In this document: piece by piece, positions 28,801 through 32,000 of the stretch
Layout of the letters: each line of letters opens with the position of its first letter
Position numbering within the stretch: the stretch's first letter is position 1
Assembly (NCBI GenBank): GCA_031553045.1
Contig: JAVBLZ010000020.1
Location: 17,473-49,472 of the forward strand
Length of the DNA stretch: 32,000 bases
Direction: 5' to 3'
Source: Opitutales bacterium
Lineage (GTDB): Bacteria > Verrucomicrobiota > Verrucomicrobiia > Opitutales > Intestinicryptomonadaceae
Notes under the pieces: model-generated
Databases searched by the model: none
Told to the model about the DNA's origin: nothing
The model's input: only the letters and a program-made list of their open reading frames with translations
Program-made: the position numbers and the translations under genes

Positions 28801-29303
28801 CATCTGTGGTGGGCGTTTGTGGATATGGGCTTAAACGGGCTTTTGGTGGTGAGCACAATCATATCTATCCTGCCGTTGTGGAAAGTGCCGTCATCATGTA
28901 TTCCCAATAATACCGTGCCCGCCTTGAGGTCGTAAGTATCTCCCTTTTCCCAAGTAAAGCCTCTCTTACCAGATACGCCAAAATAGTTTGAACTGTATTT
29001 GCCGTCAACAGACACGTTAAATTTGCGCATACCTTGCGTTTTATCCGTAAAGTCCAAAGCCCTCACCCAAAGGGTGTATTTGCCGTCTTTTGGTATTTTA
29101 ACCGCCGTTAACGCCGGCTTGGGGTTGCGCGCCTGCAATATCAAGTGCTTTCCGTTAGACGCCTCTTGAGAGCCAAAGACAATCCAGTCTCCGAGAAACT
29201 GGAAGTCTTCACATTCCACCGCTATTGTGGTGTTTGGATATGCGCTTTGCGCAAGAAAAAGTACGCAACTCAACAGGATGGATTTTGTAAAAAACTTAAT
29301 CAT
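25842..29303 (-). CDS. Secreted 1153-aa multidomain protein of unknown family (probable carbohydrate-active enzyme)
   Basis: Signal peptide MIKFFTKSILLSCVLFLAQSA. The N-terminal ~150 aa look like a CBM-type beta-sandwich (ECEDFQFLGDW...GKYTLWVRA...RIDMIVLT). There is a helix-rich central region and beta-rich C-terminal segments. The stop lies 22 nt upstream of the GH95 start with no terminator between. I cannot name a GH, PL or CE family. Confidence 0.7.
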   Translation of the reverse strand: MIKFFTKSILLSCVLFLAQSAYPNTTIAVECEDFQFLGDWIVFGSQEASNGKHLILQARNPKPALTAVKIPKDGKYTLWVRALDFTDKTQGMRKFNVSVDGKYSSNYFGVSGKRGFTWEKGDTYDLKAGTVLLGIHDDGTFHNGRIDMIVLTTKSPFKPISTNAHHRWPLAEIVRLDVDKDSEEVKMSSCESIDSSKVFAEIENDFMKVRFVSAKRNGVDSAAIKIKAKTNEGFVDLPVNSSKESYQVISANKDISLVMKQARFFPLWDNSPIKEVKINCGNASYTTNSNSKFCIWSAGKSEEAIIKSVKKISEKKLELEFYPLESGILKASWDLGENSCYANVKLSFTPNKEMQYSLGYYLFDEKNIDEVEELLMPMLIQQKRFPKASYSLPQTHAPTPLSIMQIGKSDKAFTIGIVGDPKVTPFEFPTPCKPRYVLHIKNFRELLQPSIYGPVVGTEYSKFSSGSEVKFSFNVLVKNSDVQTSFATVTKEIFEVKDYRKNSSTSLTETCLNMMDLFLDDEFGGWWEKAKGSYQIEGKGCVTNSTPLTPLSLFMLSGDMNMYEKRALPTLEFILSRSGEHFSPAPSRAGTYPKGSMNGPVRMFSSAVYSDIWQLTNKFTPAFRNIAYSKEKFPENLNEEITVGKSRHPSFEIYLARYLHFKNPADLEEAKRLADKFIDERITAPATEDMGLSPFFLLTNVTAWEGLLRLYETTQEKRFLDAAVKAARVLMTGIWSWPQIPQGKVTIYDGKGTPIDKRHRKLYKGFDEFRLNFPDGLEAALKPKQVEASLVSDVGLGFEQPSTYTFQEQGGRMIFQAPWASGFLRLAEYTGDKTFEMYARNATLGRYTNYPGYYYAGFSDLAQNPKYPFQGPDISFIYYHHIPVHLSWVIDYLVSDAKLISKSKVKFPSLRQHGYAFFDYLIYGHDSGEIYGQKGAWLWLKRNLVNIDNPQINYITAHTKDKFFVVLTNQSTQKEDFKITFNPSQISKGSKTFESVLDIAQDTPKTFKLSNNVLSLSIAPRGQICLMVEGLNIEVVTHKNYTPKAADSSAGVQVIDCGKSLSMNLAPIQVLPEFWNAYVWLNAGEEAFKELELKWSSKTQKGSLKCASYPYEFSVPLSAKENEFKCQISGTKADGSNFISPEATIVNMNCQAN

Positions 29304-29360
29304 ATAAGAAAGACATTGCTTTTTAAACTATGTTCGATTTTTACAAAGATTGCAAAATAA

Positions 29361-29394
29361 AAAGAGGTCTTACATTTTTTTGTAAGACCTCTTT
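29361..29394 (-). terminator. Rho-independent terminator of the PEP-CTERM protein gene
   Basis: Perfect 14-bp stem AAAGAGGTCTTACA (29361-29374) / TGTAAGACCTCTTT (29381-29394) with a 6-nt loop. T-rich tails occur on both strands (TTATTTTG on the minus strand). Confidence 0.85.
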
Positions 29395-29416
29395 TTTTAT
29401 AGAGTGTAAGACCAAA

Positions 29417-31588
29417 TTATATCTTCTTATTTTTACGCTTGTAGCAGACAAATGCGAGCGCCATCAACCCCAGCAATGCCGCATAGGTTGAAGGTTCAGG
29501 AATTTGCGTGAATGTAACGTATAGCCCCGAAGTAAGGTCTAGGCGCAGTTGCGCTTTAAGCATAGGGTCTGCATTTGCTGGGTTATTGAAGGCGATGTTT
29601 GTGGTGAAGTCTCCTACGATGAAGTCCACAGTTGCATCGCTCCCCCAGCTCATGATGTTGTATTCAAAATCTTCTTCATAAGAAAAAAGTTCAAACTCTA
29701 TGAGGAATTTTTGATCAGCAGCAGCTAGGGCGTCTTTCTTGAAATTTCCCGAAAGCATGATTCTGTCAATGCTGTCAAGAGCTTTACCGTCAACGCCTAC
29801 ATTTATTGCGCCGTCTTTCCATGTAAAATCTGTGGCTTCAACATAACCTATTGTGCCGTTACCCAGAGTGCCGTCATGCTTGCCGTGAGCGCCAAATTTA
29901 CCGCCGTTGAGGAAAACCCTGCTTATACCCATGTGGTTTGTAGTTTTGTTATTGTTTGTGGATATAAATAGCGCACCGCTATTGATTGTAGTATCGCCAC
30001 GGTAATAGACATAGCCATTGAATATCTGCGTGCCCGTACCATTTTTTACTATATTCATAGTAGCGCCCGATACCGCCGAAGCGGCAACAGCCTGGCCAAG
30101 GTCATGTATGCGGCCAGTATATGTATATGTGCCTTCGCCAGTAAGATTTATTATGGTATCGCCTCTATTCGGCGTAGAAGAATTGCCTCCGTATGTCGTA
30201 ATACGGGTATTTGTAGTTTTAGCGCCGCCGCTTATACCGCCAATATTCACGGTAACCGATTCTCCTGCTGCAATGCCTTCATCAAAACCTATTGCGCCGT
30301 TGTTTACAAGTTCGCCTTTGATTGTCAGAGAGCCGTCGCTTAAATTTACCTTTGTGTAATTTGCGCCTGTGGAGTATCTGAGCTTGCTTTCAAAATTACC
30401 GGCAACTTCAAGATTGCCTGAAACTACAAGGTTCACAACGGCAAGGCTCATAGAGTCAACATAAGTTGTATATTTTGTGAGGCCGTCCAAACTCTTGTTC
30501 GTAATCGTAATGCCTTGGTTATCTGCGGCGGTAGTGTAAGTGCCGCTGGTTTTGCCGTCGGAAGAACCTGCAATGGTGTTTGAAACAATAGATTTAATAT
30601 GCGTATCCTGCCTGAGTAGCATATCTAAAGTTGAGAGGTCTGCAGAAACAAAGTCTTCAAGTTTTACGCCCAGACTTATTGTGCCTATTTCTGCGCCATA
30701 AGTGGTGGTTTCACCCACTGTTGTTGGCGTCGCTTTTGTTATAATCTGCAATATTGATTTTTTTGCTGTTGTAGAGGTTGTAACGTTTACGGTTTTCAAA
30801 TCAACGTAACCATCCAAAAACTTCGATTCATCAGTATTGTTCGACTGAGTATAGCGGAATTTGCCATCATCGCCCAAGTTGAGTGCTTGATTTAGTGTTA
30901 CGTTTGGGCTGGTATAGTCTGGATATTGGTCGCCAGAACGTTTTGCACCCATAATAAAGCGCATTTCAGCGCCCGCAACATTGATGATGCCGTAGTTCGT
31001 AAATTCTTTTGTAACCAAGGTGAAATAACTGCCGCCTGTGATGTTTACAGAAGTTTTTGTAGTGTCGGCAGAGTCTCCAACTATGATAAAATCCATATAC
31101 CAGTTTGCCGTATTTGCACCCAAGCCCACAGAGCCCGACGATATTGTAACATTCTTAACATTCATGCTCATGGCGGAGCCTGTGTCTGTCTTACGGAAAG
31201 TAACGCCAGTGTTTACCGAACTTGTGATGGAGTCTAAAGTTATGGCGCTTTTTGCAGATACAATCTGCCAATCCCCACGGGAATTTGCATTGTTGTTGTT
31301 GACGCTCTTCCAAGTGATGTCCGTGCTATTGAGATTCATGCGCGATACATAGGTGGTGTCGCTGGTTTTATCCGCCCTATATATGTTTGCCGTGGTGTCA
31401 TTAGCCCTCGGATATGCAATAATGGTGGGCGCAGGGTCTCTGCCGGGAGCATCCGCCCACATATTTGCGGTTGTGAAAGTTTGAATAGAATCAGAAGCGC
31501 CAGTGGGCAACCAATAGAAGTCGCCAGCAAAAAGAGGCGTTGCCAAAATTGCCAAAGCTGAATACAGATATTTTTTGTAAGTCTTCAT
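29417..31588 (-). CDS. PEP-CTERM-anchored surface protein with autotransporter-associated beta-strand (PATR-like) repeats
   Basis: C-terminus IPEPSTYAALLGLMALAFVCYKRKNKKI is a PEP motif plus TM plus basic tail, i.e. an exosortase sorting signal. The body is Gly/Thr/Asn-rich with beta-helix-type repeats (e.g. VKNGTGTQIFNGYVYYRGDTTINSGALFI). The signal peptide starts at ATG 31588 (MKTYKKYLYSALAILATPLFA). The ORF-track extension to 31711 begins at a TTG and is rejected. Confidence 0.8.
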   Translation of the reverse strand: MKTYKKYLYSALAILATPLFAGDFYWLPTGASDSIQTFTTANMWADAPGRDPAPTIIAYPRANDTTANIYRADKTSDTTYVSRMNLNSTDITWKSVNNNNANSRGDWQIVSAKSAITLDSITSSVNTGVTFRKTDTGSAMSMNVKNVTISSGSVGLGANTANWYMDFIIVGDSADTTKTSVNITGGSYFTLVTKEFTNYGIINVAGAEMRFIMGAKRSGDQYPDYTSPNVTLNQALNLGDDGKFRYTQSNNTDESKFLDGYVDLKTVNVTTSTTAKKSILQIITKATPTTVGETTTYGAEIGTISLGVKLEDFVSADLSTLDMLLRQDTHIKSIVSNTIAGSSDGKTSGTYTTAADNQGITITNKSLDGLTKYTTYVDSMSLAVVNLVVSGNLEVAGNFESKLRYSTGANYTKVNLSDGSLTIKGELVNNGAIGFDEGIAAGESVTVNIGGISGGAKTTNTRITTYGGNSSTPNRGDTIINLTGEGTYTYTGRIHDLGQAVAASAVSGATMNIVKNGTGTQIFNGYVYYRGDTTINSGALFISTNNNKTTNHMGISRVFLNGGKFGAHGKHDGTLGNGTIGYVEATDFTWKDGAINVGVDGKALDSIDRIMLSGNFKKDALAAADQKFLIEFELFSYEEDFEYNIMSWGSDATVDFIVGDFTTNIAFNNPANADPMLKAQLRLDLTSGLYVTFTQIPEPSTYAALLGLMALAFVCYKRKNKKI

Positions 31589-31713
31589 AATACTTGTCCT
31601 AATAATATAGTTATGATAACGAAATTGTACAAAAAATTTTGGAGGGCAAGCATATTTATCAAATTTCAAATTTTGATGTTCAAATATGGACAATTTTACG
31701 CATAACAACAAAA

Positions 31714-31739
31714 ATGGAGCTCATAAGTATAAGCTCCAT
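31714..31739 (-). terminator. Rho-independent terminator of the upstream (partial) TIM-barrel gene
   Basis: 8-bp stem ATGGAGCT (31714-31721) / AGCTCCAT (31732-31739). On the minus strand it is followed by TTTTGTTGTT, and it lies about 29 nt after the stop at 31768. Confidence 0.6.
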
Positions 31740-31767
31740 AGAATGTAAGAAAAATGTCTGTAAATAC

Positions 31768-32000
31768 TCAGTTGTGTTTTGGTGTGAGTTTAAGGTAATT
31801 TAAGCAACGCTCTATGCCTTCTATGGGTTCAACATCCTTAACTTCGTATTCTATGACATAATAGCCGTCGAAATTTTGCCTGTCAAGTTCCCTCAGCATT
31901 TCCGACATATTCAAGACACCCTTAGCGTAAATCTTGCATTCGGCCTTGATGTCATCGAAGGCTGAGGTGTCTTTAAAATGAATTTCCATAATTTTGCCTT
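31768..32000 (-). CDS. C-terminal part of a second xylose-isomerase-like TIM-barrel protein (sugar phosphate isomerase/epimerase); 5' end outside window
   Basis: The frame stays open to the window edge. ...IMEIHFKD... and FDGYYVIEYE match the family's terminal H-x-KD and E-containing strands. Confidence 0.5.
   Translation of the reverse strand, partial: GKIMEIHFKDTSAFDDIKAECKIYAKGVLNMSEMLRELDRQNFDGYYVIEYEVKDVEPIEGIERCLNYLKLTPKHN

Noticed and set aside
29327-29355. A candidate sigma70-type promoter for the 1153-aa gene: TTGCAA at 29350-29355, a 17-nt spacer, and CATAGT at 29327-29332 on the minus strand.
   Set aside because: It is plausible, but only a moderate match, and there is no Shine-Dalgarno sequence or transcription start evidence. 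It is recorded here rather than as a feature.
31589-31711. A 41-codon upstream extension of the PEP-CTERM ORF, a 30-codon plus-strand ORF (31605-31697), and an ATCAAA-N8-TTTGAT inverted repeat at 31658-31677 in the same leader.
   Set aside because: The extension starts at a TTG and precedes an obvious Met-initiated signal peptide. The small ORF has no ribosome-binding site or recognisable features. The 6-bp inverted repeat sits in very AT-rich sequence and could easily be chance.
1-32000. A search for CRISPR repeats, tRNA/rRNA, IS elements, integrases, phage genes, restriction-modification, toxin-antitoxin pairs or other defence-island hallmarks. This included asking whether the EEP nuclease-like gene and the SET gene could form a defence pair.
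   Set aside because: I found no regularly spaced repeats, no intergenic gap large enough for a structured RNA gene beyond the terminators, and no ORF with recombinase, ATPase or nuclease defence signatures. The EEP protein is secreted, and the SET gene is embedded in a biosynthetic operon.

Overview
This looks like an ordinary chromosomal window from a moderately AT-rich diderm bacterium. I call 24 protein-coding genes (2 cut by the window edges) and 5 hairpin terminators. I saw no rRNA or tRNA, no CRISPR array, no transposase, integrase or phage genes, and no recognisable defence or toxin-antitoxin genes.

Layout:
(i) A minus-strand run at 323-5213: type III glutamine synthetase, recO, DUF502, ybeY, and a xylose-isomerase-like TIM barrel.
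(ii) A lone plus-strand tyrosine phenol-lyase-like gene at 5340-6809.
(iii) A long, tightly packed minus-strand run from 17577 down to 6879: dsbD, lysA, a 4HBT thioesterase, a GT-C-type membrane glycosyltransferase, a 1154-aa AsmA-like protein, panB, a SET-domain methyltransferase and a secreted EEP hydrolase.
(iv) Divergent from it, mreB-mreC-mreD-mrdA followed by an OprO/P-like porin (17660-23356).
(v) An accessory-looking minus-strand block from 31588 down to 23402: a PEP-CTERM surface protein with autotransporter-type beta-strand repeats, an unassignable 1153-aa secreted protein, and a GH95 alpha-L-fucosidase.

The gene content (PEP-CTERM plus PATR repeats, GH95, GSIII, a bacterial SET protein) suggests a glycan-degrading anaerobe of the PVC superphylum (Verrucomicrobiota, Lentisphaerota or Kiritimatiellota). 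That is inference only.

I did not find a convincing self-contained novel system. The best candidates for undescribed biology are:
- the 1153-aa protein co-transcribed with GH95;
- the AsmA-like / GT-C pair;
- the tyrosine phenol-lyase homologue, which carries Leu in place of the cofactor-contacting Arg;
- the SET-domain protein;
- a repeat-structured 82-bp divergent control region between dsbD and mreB.

All family assignments come from motif recognition by eye. No searches were run.
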